From NCBI GenBank assembly GCA_035084275.1, contig CM068749.1, positions 17,422,001 through 17,486,000 of the forward strand: 64,000 bases of DNA. The letters are read 5' to 3'. Position numbers and translations under genes: made by a program. This DNA is from Hydrolagus colliei. Its lineage: Eukaryota. Positions 52,472-64,000 of this stretch are shown here, in pieces (the first letter of the stretch is position 1; every line of letters starts with the position of its first letter). The notes under the pieces were generated by a model, which made no database searches, had not been told where the DNA came from, and saw only the letters and a list, made by a program, of their open reading frames with translations.

Positions 52472-53439
52472 GTAAGCCCATTTTAAGTTAAAAGCTTTTT
52501 TTTTTGGGGGGGGGGGGGGAACACTCTGAATGAAACTTGATGAGGAAGAGCCCGGTACCGGTATCTGGGGACTCACTCACTCACTTTCTGGCCATTCTTT
52601 TGATTCATCTCTCAGATTTAATCAGCCCAGACAACTACTGCCCTTCTCTTAAGAGCACTACTAATGGTAGTGTGTGTGTGTGTGGGGGGAGTTGTTAGTA
52701 GCTGCTTATCCCCCCCGCCCCCCACTCCCCTCCCTCCCACCACTCCCTCACCCAGTGTAACGTTAGGTTTTTCTATTTACCTTTCCCTGTTATTGTGCAG
52801 CGCTGCGTCTATGGTTTTTTTTTTAAAAAAGGAAATCTGAAGCGATTGAACATCAGGCACATGTTCAGGGCAGCTAAATCTTTCTCTCTCCCCCCCCCCT
52901 TCCTCTCTCTCTCTCTTCCCACTACCAACACCACCCCCTCCTCTTCCTCCTCCTCCACCACCACCCTCCATCCCTTTCCCATGGCTTCCTCGGCGAGCCG
53001 CATTCATCTTGAAATGACACGGAGCAAGCCACAGCAGCATCCAGATTAGTGATCAAGGGTAGATTATAGCAGACTAAACGCCGGTTTGCGTAACAGGTTA
53101 ACAAGGTTCCTTAATTGGGGTGTTTTTTTTGCTTTCGCAAGCTGCTGTCGGCCTTGCTGTGGCCTGGGCTCCTCTCCTTCCTCTCCCGTTCCTCTTCTCT
53201 CTCTCTCCCTCCTCTCTCTCTCTCTGATCCGCCAAGTCCTGTGGAATCTTATTGCTAAACACGTTGGCGTATCTTTCTCTCTCTTATTTTTGTTTTCTTC
53301 CTGTGTGTGTGTGTGTGTGTGCGTGTTTTGTGACTGTAGAGAGGGAGGGGAAAAAAATCAAGGAGGAAGAGGAGGAGGTTCTTATATATTTATATATATA
53401 TATATATTATTATATACAGGAGGAAAAAGACAACAAAAA

Positions 53440-53677
53440 ATGGTGAACAACGGGAACTCGCAGACGCCCACAGCCGGCGTGAACCGCACTGGTTTGGCTT
53501 GGAAAACGTGTGCGGGCTGTGGGGGCAAGATCGCTGATCGCTTCCTCCTCTACGCCATGGACAGCTACTGGCACAGCCGCTGCCTCAAATGTTCCTGCTG
53601 CCAGGCGCAACTCGGGAGATCGGCACCTCCTGCTACACCAAGAGCGGCATGATCCTGTGCAGGAACGATTACATCAG
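53440..53677 (+). CDS. LMO4: LIM domain only 4, first coding exon (LIM1); 1-nt frameshift at 53614-53616 as assembled
   Basis: MVNNGNSQ...WKTCAGCGGKIADRFLLYAMDSYWHSRCLKCSCCQAQLG, then in a shifted frame IGTSCYTKSGMILCRNDYI. Kozak AAAATGG, donor AG|GTAAAT, likely acceptor CAG at 53417-53419. Confidence 0.97.
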
Positions 53678-53861
53678 GTAAATCTCTCTCTCTCTCTCTC
53701 GCTTTATTTTTATATTTATATATTTTTAAAAAACCCACTCGGCCTCTTTCTCCCTCTCTCTCCCCCCACCCCCCCGCCCCTCTCTCCCCACTCTCTCTCT
53801 GAAGACCCTATTCCTCCCAACTTTGCAAGCATCGCTTTCCTGAAACGTGGTGGTGGTGGGT

Positions 53862-53909
<48 letters not shown>
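53862..53909. repeat. Poly-G run (48 nt)
   Basis: Direct count. Confidence 0.95.
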
Positions 53910-53910
<1 letters not shown>

Positions 53911-54057
53911 GGTAGTAGGAGATATAGACTCTTAGCGTTTCACAAGCACGCTGACTCCCCCCACCCCCTCCCTCCTTATTTACAGCTTTGTTTATCTGCC
54001 AGAGAGATGTTCCTTATAACGACACCGATCTTTTACCGGATCAAAGCTTTTTCCCCC

Positions 54058-54088
<31 letters not shown>

Positions 54089-55179
54089 CTTTTTTTTTAA
54101 AAGGATGTTTACCCCCGCGTTCAATCTCCTCCTTTACAAATAAACCCTAGCACGTTTATAAATACTGAATACCTCCAGTCCTTATGATTCAGTCTATGAT
54201 CGATTAGATCCCTTGTCTTTTTTCGTGTGAAAATCTTGTTGGTTTTTGTTAAAGAACCCTTAAAAAAAAGGTTTTTGTTGGGAGAGAAATTGCTCTCGAA
54301 ACTTAACGTGGAGTTGTTGTGTTAAACGGTTAAATGTGCTCCTATCACACAGTGACTGCGTTCTCTGGCCTTTGCTGGACACATTTACAGAGAGAGTAAT
54401 TGATTCACAACTGTTTAAAGCGTCACAGGGTAAACAGTTACCCTTTACAAGGTCCAGATTTGCCTACCGTTGCAGTAGTGCAATGCCACGGTGGGGCGGG
54501 TGTTTGAACATGGTCCTGTTAATGAAGGAAATAATTTAAGACTTTTTAATGAGGTTCATGGTATTCAACCACCGTTCAAAACGACCCTCGAAAGTACAAA
54601 CCTCAAAGTCTGTTCCAACATCTATCTCCCTCGTCCCAACCAGATCCTTGTGTGTGTGTGTGTGTTTCTAGTGTAACGCGCGACCTGGAAGGTCGGGGGA
54701 ATCAAAATGAGGTTAAAAATCCCATAAGGAAGATACTGCATTTTTAATTAATGTATACATCCATCAGATATTACGGGCTGAGGTTAAGTTAGATTAGGTG
54801 ATTGGGACGGAAAGTTGTGGTCGGATTTTCAGGAACATTGGCCAGTGTTATCTCCCCCCCCCCCCCACACACAAACACACACACACAAAATATTGTAAAA
54901 TAATGAAGTGAAGTTTGCTGTTTTAGAGTGTAACCTTCTTCCTGCCACGTGACTGTGGCTCCAATCATCTAAATGGAACGAGAGTACAGGGATCACATGT
55001 CAAAACTTTTTAAGGGATTAAACCTCATTTCTGTAAGTGTTTTTGAGGTTAAGGGTATTTTTTCGGGGGGTGGAATATGTCGAAACAAGTTTTCAGTGAT
55101 CTAAATTAGAAAAGTGCCCGAATACGCTTGTGTTGTGTGTGTGTGTGTGTTTGTGGGGTGGTGGGGAGAGAATAGGACA

Positions 55180-55835
55180 GATTGCGTTAAACTACTGTCA
55201 GTTTAGTTGCTGCTGTGAATTTAGTAGCAATAAGCTTGTCAGACACCTAATCAAAGAGCCTAAAGCGGTGCCAAGAAAAGCTCGATTTCAGCTCGATAGA
55301 GAAATAATTGAACAAGTGCGTTTGGGTGGTTTGTGCTGCTCTTTGCCAATGCAGGTTTCGTTCAGATAATGGGTGTCTCCCTGGCTGTTCCTTAATGGAT
55401 CCGGGACTAATTAGAAGAGCCAAGGAAAAGCACCTTTGGGCTTCTAATGAGCACCGGTTCGTGGGAGAGAAGCTGCCAAAGTCCCCGGCTCGGCTCCGAG
55501 CCTCAGATCTCCTTAAGATAAGCGAGCTGGACAAGAATCTGCACAATTAACAGCTTTAATTAGTATGCACCCCTCCCTCTCACCCTCCCCCCCAACTTTT
55601 TCTCCCCCCCCCGAGTTTTTTTTCTAATCTAATGAGATGTTTACCGAGGCTGCGATTGGTGAGCTGTTACTGGTCATCAGAAGAGACTGACTGACGTGTC
55701 CAAAATGAATAGAGCCGCTAGCGCGAACAAACAAAACATTTAATTAAGAAAATTGCTTTTCAGGACGGGATTATTACCAGCCTCGGATGGCGCTAGTCTC
55801 TCCTCTCCTTTAATTCCCAGGCACGGAAATTAAAT
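55180..55835. promoter_or_regulatory. Candidate intronic enhancer in LMO4
   Basis: High-complexity blocks with repeated TAATTA/TTAATTAG, CTGTCA, GATTGG and TGACGT between low-complexity tracts. Confidence 0.45.
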
Positions 55836-55841
55836 GGAACG

Positions 55842-56125
55842 CTCTCTCTCTCTCTCTCCCCCTCCCATCACCCTTTCCTTTTTCTCTCTCCCACTCTGGC
55901 AATCCTCTCCACTCAATTTCTTTCTGGCTCTCCCCTCTCCACTCAATCTCTCTCCCCCCCCCCCCCCCCCTCTCTCTCTCTCTGGCTCCCCATTCCTCTC
56001 CACTCAATCTCTCTCCCCCCCCCCCTCTCTCTCTCTCTGGCTCCCCATTCCTCTCCACTCAATCTCTCTCTCTCTCTGGCACCCCACTCCATTTCTCTCT
56101 CTCTCACTCCCTTCTCCACTCAATT
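55842..56125. repeat. CT-rich minisatellite (TGGCTCCCCATTCCTCTCCACTCAATCTCTCTC units)
   Basis: About five diverged copies of the CTCCACTCAAT-containing unit. Confidence 0.9.
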
Positions 56126-58291
56126 CTGGACGTGCTAGGTAAACCTAATAGTTCGTTATTCAATATCACTTTGAAGTCTGCGCACTCAAGCACAATGACA
56201 GCAGACGAGCACAGGAACTATTAGCGAGCGAAAAAAAACCCTAGTATTTCAAAAATTAATTAAATCGCATGCAATTTAGGGGGACGTTTATCTTGATTTG
56301 TCATAACAGAATTAATTCAAGGCCTTCAATTCACTTGGGGGCATATCTGTTACTCTAAATTACCAAGCGTAATTTGCCTTTTCTCCCCCCCTCTTGTGTG
56401 TCTCGGTTTTTTTTGGGGGGGGGCTGTCTTTATTTTTCCCGTGTGTCTGTCTCTCAGCCTTTGCCCCCTTTCTCCAATGCCCTGGTAGAAATTATGCAAA
56501 GATTGCCACTTTGTGTATCTTCTGCCTGCTCTTAAAACGCTTGAAGAGTTTCCATCTCATTGGAGGGGGGGATGGGAAAGGGGGTGGGGGGGGGGGCCTG
56601 TGGCTTGATGTTGTGATTGATCGAATTGCCGAAATGTTGAAATATTAACGACCTCTTCGACTTGGAGTCCGAAAGAAAATTGAAACCAATTTTCTGTCGT
56701 CACAGTCTTTGAGAGAATTTTTTTTCCGGGGAGAGAGAGAGAGAGAGAGGGTGGGGGGAGAAAAAAAAATCCTGTTTTAATGAGTTGACGCTGGGGTTAG
56801 AGCAGTCGGTCCCAAACCAACCACCTCGCAATAGTTAAAAAGGAGTGGGATCATTAAAGTCCCAAGACAGACTGATAGGGACTTAATTGAGCACCTCAGC
56901 CCTTGAGCCTCCCATCAAAGAAACAGTAAATGAACTTGAGGAATCCCCTGTTCGGCGTATTTACATTCGAGTCACGTAGGATACAAAGTGAAAACTTTAG
57001 GATAGTGTTACACATTTGGCCATGGACGCTCTTTTACAAACTAACCCGCTCCCCATCTGTGCACGTCTCCCAACATTACTGCTAATTGCCAACCCCCCCA
57101 CCTCGAAAATGACAACATTCTTCTCCGACTCAGAGACAGTTTTCCAGGTTATACATTCAAATAAAAACAAGTCTAGTTTCCCAGCCTGGTGCTGCTTAGA
57201 TTCTCTCCCCCCCCCCCTCCCCCCCCCCCCCCCTCCCCCCAACTTGATTATTTATTTCACTAAAATATGGTTACTGAGCCGGAGCCCCATTTCGGATAAT
57301 CTCCTGATACGATCAGTTCTCTCTTGAGGTTTCTGTTTCTGAATGCCCGGGACTGTTATTTTAATTAAGCTTAATGCAATTGTAAAATCCCGAGTCTGCG
57401 CTGGGCTGACTCCCCCCCCCCCCCCCCCCCTCTCTCCACCCCCAGTAACAAAATCGCGTTGGACTCTCGACCATCTATCTCAATGATGGGTTTTTTAAAC
57501 CTTGAGATGTTGTTTCAGCGTATTGGAGTATGTGTGATGTGTGCATGTGTGTGTGTACACTACAAAGCTTTAGGCAAATAACATGGAAAGCACCACCCCC
57601 CCCCCCCCACCCCCACTCACTGCCCCGACCATTTGAATACCCTGGCAATGCACTCTTACTTTGTTTTCTCCTCTGCTCATTCCCATGGGTTGTTTCCAAT
57701 AAATTAGGAGGTTTGCTGGGTCACAGTACACAGTGTACCTGGTGGCCTCGCTTTGTATTCCTGTGGGGGGTGTTTTTTGGGGGGGTCTTATTCTTTCCAG
57801 ATGTCGGAAAAGCATCTCCAAAAAAAGATTTAGAAACACCGTATTTTTTGCGGTGGGGGGGGGAATGAGAGAAACCTTGGCACCCAATATTCAGGTTGTT
57901 TTGGGGGAGTTCAGAATCCAGTTTGTCGGTTAGTATTAGTTGAGGTATACAGGTTTCTCTCTCCCCCCCCCCCCCCCCCAGTTTATCAAGCTATTACAAT
58001 TCAGCAACTAAGTGTCGATGTGTCGTTGTATCCAAACTAATTAGTTTTGAAATGGAGTTTTGATTGAACTCTTGAAATCGATGCCGGTGCAAAATTTGTT
58101 TCTCGGGCTCCCCATTAAACGCTATCGCAGCCGGCAGTTTTACTACTCGTGGTGTCGCTCTGTCGATACATTTAATAACAACGCAGAGGGTATTTTCAAT
58201 AAAGTGGAGACAGCGAATTAGTACATTGCGACATGACAAGGCGCCTCTGCAGGCTTTAAAGCTGAGAGCACACACACCAATTACGTGTGTG

Positions 58292-58323
<32 letters not shown>

Positions 58324-59559
58324 AGGGACCATACATTCAAACAGATACGTCTGGAAAAAAAGGAAGTGTAATTGGGAGAAATTATTGTTTTATTTATTTA
58401 TTTTCGCTCTAACGCCTCCCTCGACTCACCCACCAGATGCTTTTAGTCTCGTTTCATTGCATTCCCGGGGAAACAAAAAAACTATAAGAGGAGGAGAGCG
58501 GTGACAAATGGCACCAGATCCCAGTAAATTACTTTCTGGTCAGATCGAAATTTCATTCAGTTTGTTACCAACGTCGAAGAGACATGATGAAGTCATCCGA
58601 ATTGTGAGGACTGCTGAGCAGATAAGGGAAGTTCGAACAAACATTTCATTATCGAGCAGCAGCTCTTCAAGGATAAAAGAGGGAGGGAGGGAGGGAGAGA
58701 TGATCACAGTCAAATCTAAACTGTTGACATTCTGGCTGAGGAAGTTAACCCTGTTTCATTATAATATCGACACCAAACAGATCCGCTTATAATGGGGGGG
58801 GGGGGGGGGGGGGACTGTTAGTGTTTCAGGGAGAGAGAATTATACTTCCACGTCCATTTGTATTGTATCTGAAATTGGAGTCGTATTCCTTAGAGAGGCG
58901 AAGGGAGAGAGGGGGGGGGGGGGGGGGGAGAGGCTCGTTTCAAAACAAACCAGGTTACATGGTCTTATCGGGTTTTCAACAGCAATGGGGTATGAGGACC
59001 TAGTTACTTATCAAGTTATCTCCCAGGTAACTAATACCTATCTTCTCTAACATTACCCTGGCTAGACCGATGGCTGGGTGGATCCCTTGGCGTTACGTTT
59101 CTTGGTTAGATCTCTCCTTGTTGAACTTAATTGCTGATTGAAATATCGAGCAGGAATGCTAAATCTGCCTCCCTGTCTGTCAGTGGCGGGGCTTTGCTGG
59201 CGTTGTTTTTACGATAAATACAGTAACTTACTAAAGATGGTGGGTCACGATTTTCCAACGCGGGGGCGGGGGGGGGGGGAAAGAGCCATGGAGAACTTTG
59301 TGGAAAACTGAGATATTAGTAAATCAGAAATAAACCGTTTCCAGTGACTTGTCCTGGAAAGCGATGGGAAGAGTTTGGGAAATCCATCTTTGGATGAATA
59401 AATGTAATGGACAGTTCCTCTCTTTCTCTCTCCTACACGCAGTGCAAACAGTGCCCTATGCTCTAGGAATAGATGGGGTGTTGTTGTTTTTGTGACTCTC
59501 CCGTGTAATAACTGGATAAGAAGAGCTAATGCATTCGTGTTTTCTCTCTCTGTGTGTAG

Positions 59560-59656
59560 ATTGTTTGGAAACAGTGGGGCGTGCAGTGCATGCGGACAAT
59601 CCATCCCTGCCAGTGAATTGGTCATGAGAGCACAGGGCAACGTCTATCATCTCAAG
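59560..59656 (+). CDS. LMO4: LMO4 coding exon 2 (97 nt)
   Basis: (R)LFGNSGACSACGQSIPASELVMRAQGNVYHLK; TAG acceptor, GTAAAT donor, phase 2 to phase 0. Confidence 0.98.
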
Positions 59657-60008
59657 GTAAATGGCTTGTATCATCCTTCTAATAAGAAATTAGTAACCCT
59701 AAATACTACTGTAACCCCCATTACCCGTGCACAGCAGCGCCACTGTAATCCTTATCGATCAGACACAGAGCAATGAGACTTTATATTTATATTTATATAT
59801 ATACACACATATATATAGAAAATATATATATTTAAAAACAGTGAGCAAGTTGTTAGCCTCTTCATTGAAATAACTTATGGCAGTTCACTGCAAGGAGGTG
59901 TTTCGAGTTCACTGCATGATATGGACAAGTTATTTTATCGCCAGTGTTAGCTGGTGTGGGTAATTGAGACTGACAAAGGTCTCCCCCCCCCTTTTTTTTC
60001 CCTGACAG

Positions 60009-60164
60009 TGTTTTACCTGCGCCACTTGCCGGAATCGGCTTGTCCCGGGAGATAGGTTTCATTACATCAACGGCAGTTTATTCTGTGAACATGACAGACC
60101 CACATCCCTTATCAATGGACATTTGAATCCACTTCAGAGCAATCCTCTACTATCTGATCAGAAG
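60009..60164 (+). CDS. LMO4: LMO4 coding exon 3 (156 nt; missed by the ORF track)
   Basis: CFTCATCRNRLVPGDRFHYINGSLFCEHDRPTSLINGHLNPLQSNPLLSDQK; CAG acceptor, GTAAGC donor. Confidence 0.98.
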
Positions 60165-60796
60165 GTAAGCGTGTGTGTGCGTTTCGTTATTCCCCCCTCT
60201 CTCCCCCTCGCCTCTCTGGCTCACTTGGGAAATGGACACATGGACTGATTGTCCCATTACTCAGAATCTCCCGTCAGGTTTCCCGTGTGTGTGTGTGTGT
60301 ATTCAAATATATTGCAGGGATCGTTGTTTATGGAGATTAAAATGGACCTAATACTTGTAGGGTAGAAAATACTAATTGGGCAGCCTATAAAGTATAGGTT
60401 TGGACATTGCTCTGGACATTCAATAAGCATATTTCGAGGCAAATCTTATTTATTATAAGTATTTCCTAAGATGCTGCTGCCTGCCTCCTTTACAGAGAGA
60501 GCCTTTCTAACCGTTACCCATTTGGTGTCTATACCGACCCAACAAACGCAAGGATTATTATTATTATTTAACGTTAAATATAAGATGAACCTTAGACCTA
60601 TGTTATATCAGGACTCCAAACTACCCCCTAACCGCCCCCAAAATATACATAGGCATCAAGATATTGGGAAAAGTTTGAGAAATTTACATTTAATAGTGGT
60701 GGTGATCCGAAATTTCGGTACAATTCCCACAACACTAGTATATAGAAGTTTAAGTTGTTATATATTTGCACATGCCAGTACAGTACTTATAATACA

Positions 60797-60850
60797 ATGA
60801 TAATCCTTGCATTTGACAATAGCACTGTTCACATCTTCTGGACGTCTTAG
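60797..60850 (-). mobile_element. SINE tail fragment
   Basis: TAATCCTTGCATTTGACAATAGCACTGTTCACATCTTCTGGACGTCT. Confidence 0.65.
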
Positions 60851-63800
60851 TACATTAGTTACTTACTGCGACTAATTCTGCAACACTTTCTGGTTACTTT
60901 GAGGTCTGTTTTATCCTTTTAAAGTGTTTTCAGCACGGAGGAGTGTGTTTTTTTTGTAATAAAAAAAATCAATCCCACCAGACATGAGATTTGAGGGTTG
61001 ATAAAAGGTGTGCATGCAGCTGTACCCATACGTTTGCCCAATATCTTTGACTCGAGCATCAGGCTTCAGTGATTCCCAAACGCTATAAAGAGAATAATTT
61101 TTAAAAAATGAAACTGCATTCAATTGTTCAATGTTTCTGGCAGTTAACTGTTAATGCCCCAATGCACATTTCCCCTGTGATCCGAATATTTGGCTAGCCG
61201 CATAAACACGTGGAGGTCAACAATCCCATTATTCTTTCTTATTAATTTATTGCAAATGTAGTTGATACCTTTCTGTGTAATGAATAGGTTCACTGCTATC
61301 AACGAGAATTGGGGATTTCATAATCACGCTCAACAGCTTTGCTTTAAGAGTAAGTTAGTAATGCTTTATAAGGTTAGGGGAGAAGTGGTAACTGTACCGA
61401 GAGCGATTTTTCCCTCATTCCAGCCTCTTTAACTACTGTACTGATCCCCTTCGCCGGATGTCTCTTGCATCGCTCTCCTTTCCTCCTCTATTCCAATTTA
61501 CAGAAAGCAGAAACCCAATGAGTTCCCTCTTATTGAACTGCTAGTTTATTATTGGCAGTTTTAACTCAGAAGGCAAGCGATCAGTCATGACTATGTTTGC
61601 CTAATATTTTCTTTGTGGACATGGTTTTATGAACCTGGAAATTCAGCCCAGATTAATTTGGCTTTGGATTCTGGTCGTGCATTACTACCCCTTTGGCTAG
61701 CCACCACTCGTCCTTCAACAGCTGCTCCTAGCAGGTCAAGCAATAGGTTTTTAAAAAAATTCCCTAATTACACGATGGGCGATCACATTTTAAAAAAAAC
61801 TTCTCATAGACGATGTTATAATCGTTGGCAAGCGATTAAAATCGTTCAGACTAGCTATGGGTTCATCCAGCAAATCTGAAATCATCCCACTTCCAATTCT
61901 TTCCCTCAAGGAAGGTCCCACTAGGTGTTTGGGGGGGGGGGGGGGGGGGGTATCTGAACATAACAAACACTGGGACATGTGAATATGGAGAATATCGATC
62001 TCTTAAATCCATCAGCAGATTAAAAGAGCTGCTTCCTCCTAATGGGTTTGACCCATTCTAACCCATTAAGATCTCTCTACCTGTTCAGCAACTCAACGAA
62101 CAGCCAGCCACCACCCTAGGCTGCACCCGAGACCAGCCTGTTAGTGTTCCTCTTGGAGAATGGGAGGCGCGTTAACTCACTGCATCCAACTACGTACCTT
62201 CAAAATAGTGACACCACGACGGGGTGGGTTGGGTTAGGTGGGCGAGGGGAGGGGTAGCGAAGAGAATCATTGCTTAACGACTCGGAACGGATGATTTGCT
62301 CTCATCGCTCTTGGGTGTTTCTGACCCACAGTCTGGGGAGCAGCAGTCCACGGTTTGCAGTTAGTTCTGAGCGGTTGGTGGCTGTATGTATTGGTGATCA
62401 AAGAACATTAAACCCAAAGCGTTTACAGATCGGCTGGAGATCTCGCATCTGCCTCGCCCACCAGCCAATCTCTCAATCTGTCTCTCTCTCCCCCCCCTCC
62501 CACCCACTCATCACAGTTAGTTGGGAAGCGTGCAATGTGTTCTCAGAGCTGCTGAAGGCATTCAAATCCTGCTTGGTATTTGAAGGGTTAATGGTTTGGA
62601 ATTTGTAAAATATTAAACAGATGGTCCCCTTCTCCCCCCCCCCCCCTCCCTCACACACTTATTTTTTTTGAACGCTTTTTAACAACATTGTTAAAAGCCG
62701 AGTTAAGTCAACAATTCCTCATAAGTCTTTTAAGGTATACACTTCTCCCAATATACCGACTGCTTATTAACCTTTTTGAAGGGAGTTGGAGGGAAAATAG
62801 CTTTGTCTCTCCCCACGGACTTCTAAAAGAGTGACAAGCAGCTGGGTAGTTTATTCTGAGAGGTACAATTCCAGAGCAAGGACACAAACGGCGCCTGATA
62901 AGTCCCCCCCCTCCCACCCCAATATAAAATAAAATGCGAAAGAATTTCCATTAAAATGGCATAATTGGTGTTGTCTCTGTCGATAGTGGCGGACATTTGA
63001 TGTTCATTTATTAAATAGGCGCTAGGCTGCTCCCTAATCTCTTTGTTCAAGACAGACAAATTACCTTACTCACACTGTGGTCAAACTCAGGGGAATTAAA
63101 CCTCAATGCCTCAGCTAGTTTAATTAGCCTGCAAGTGGGGGGTTGCAAATTACTAATGCACCTCAGGCTTTTAGTCGCTTGATGAAAGGGTAAAAAAGAG
63201 AAATGTACGAAACTGTTAAAAGTTTTTAACACAGGGAAGCCAAGAAAGTGGAACTCTCTTTTAATTAATTGAATTGGGTGTTCAGTTTAAACCACTGGGT
63301 GTCAAACGCTGTTTTGTAAAGGGTCCCAGCATAGAAAACGAAATGGGATTTAACCATTGAGCCACAGCGTTTCAGACTTCAAAAGAAACTTGCTCATGTT
63401 TGTAGAGAGAACTCTTCTGCCCCCCCCCCCCACCCCCCTGAAATTGTGGGATATGGTTAAAATGTCAGCTTTCTCTAAACTCCATGGCAGCTGGTGAATC
63501 AGTGATGTTGCTGTTAAATTCAATGTGTGCCCAGTCCCTCTATATTTTTTGATTACTTAGGGATTTTGCAAAGTATCTGTTTTGCACATCTCTTTATCCA
63601 ACCTTAAAAAAAATCAACCCAGCCATTTTCTTTGGCGTACATCAGCCACATTAGAGGGATTTGAAATGCAATGATTTAAATCGTGTAAAATCTAAATACG
63701 TTTGGTCAGAACATGACAGCTGTCCTGAATAAATGAGTTGTTATGAGCTACATTCTGGCTGCAACTCGAAAAATCTAGTTGAAAGCCGGATTAATGTAAT

Positions 63801-63967
63801 GGAGATGTTTACTTTGATGAACTGTTCATCTCTGTAGAACACCGTCGTTATAAGTGAAATGAGACTTTTTGAAGGTTCCTCCTTGCGTTTCGTTCAAGCG
63901 GGAAGAGCGAACTTAGTGTAAGATACAATTGTACTCTCCGAGGCCTGACCCTGTTTCTACTTTGCAG

Positions 63968-63976
63968 GTTTGCTGA
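63968..63976 (+). CDS. LMO4: LMO4 terminal coding exon (V-C-stop); the 3' UTR continues out of the window
   Basis: Branch point and pyrimidine tract CTGACCCTGTTTCTACTTTGCAG|GTT TGC TGA give the canonical LMO4 C-terminus DQKVC*. Confidence 0.95.
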   Translation, partial: VC

Positions 63977-64000
63977 GAAGGTCAGAGCAGTGCAGAAAGC

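Noticed and set aside
51408-52491. Long ORFs (145-338 aa) on both strands, Pro/Ser/Leu-rich or Gly/Glu/Arg-rich and superficially collagen- or extensin-like
   Set aside because: By-product of the stop-free C/T minisatellite; open in all frames with no domain content
53086-53439. Apparent 118-aa N-terminal extension of LMO4 in the ORF track
   Set aside because: Non-ATG start, runs through CT/GT/AT microsatellites and an intron-like acceptor; the canonical ATG at 53440 has a strong Kozak context
53862-53909. 48-nt poly-G as a functional G-quadruplex
   Set aside because: Homopolymer lengths in this assembly look unreliable, and many similar runs occur nearby
60165-60250. Read-through alternative C-terminus of LMO4 into the last intron
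   Set aside because: Low-complexity sequence with a stop after about 27 codons; the donor is strong and the canonical terminal exon is present
53440-63976. LMO4 as a pseudogene
   Set aside because: Only one lesion, located in a homopolymer; all other codons, Cys/His ligands and splice sites are intact

Overview
Vertebrate genomic DNA. The SINE, CR1, L2 and Penelope-type repeats look like those of a cartilaginous fish, probably a chimaera such as Callorhinchus (inference from recalled repeat families). The only protein-coding gene is LMO4 (LIM domain only 4) on the + strand, with four coding exons at 53440-53677, 59560-59656, 60009-60164 and 63968-63976. Candidate non-coding first exons end at 51650 and 52471. 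The first coding exon as assembled has a 1-nt frameshift in a G run (53614-53616), most likely a sequencing error. The ~50 kb upstream is a gene desert. It begins with what looks like the end of a neighbouring gene's 3' UTR, carries many old transposon fragments up to ~36 kb, then becomes nearly transposon-free, CpG-richer and full of enhancer-like blocks. Structural oddities include a degenerate minimal hammerhead ribozyme in a Penelope-type fragment, a perfect 22-bp-arm palindrome, a MITE and a ~550-bp polypyrimidine minisatellite in the LMO4 5' region. I found no convincing novel multi-gene system; almost all ORFs in the supplied track are spurious.
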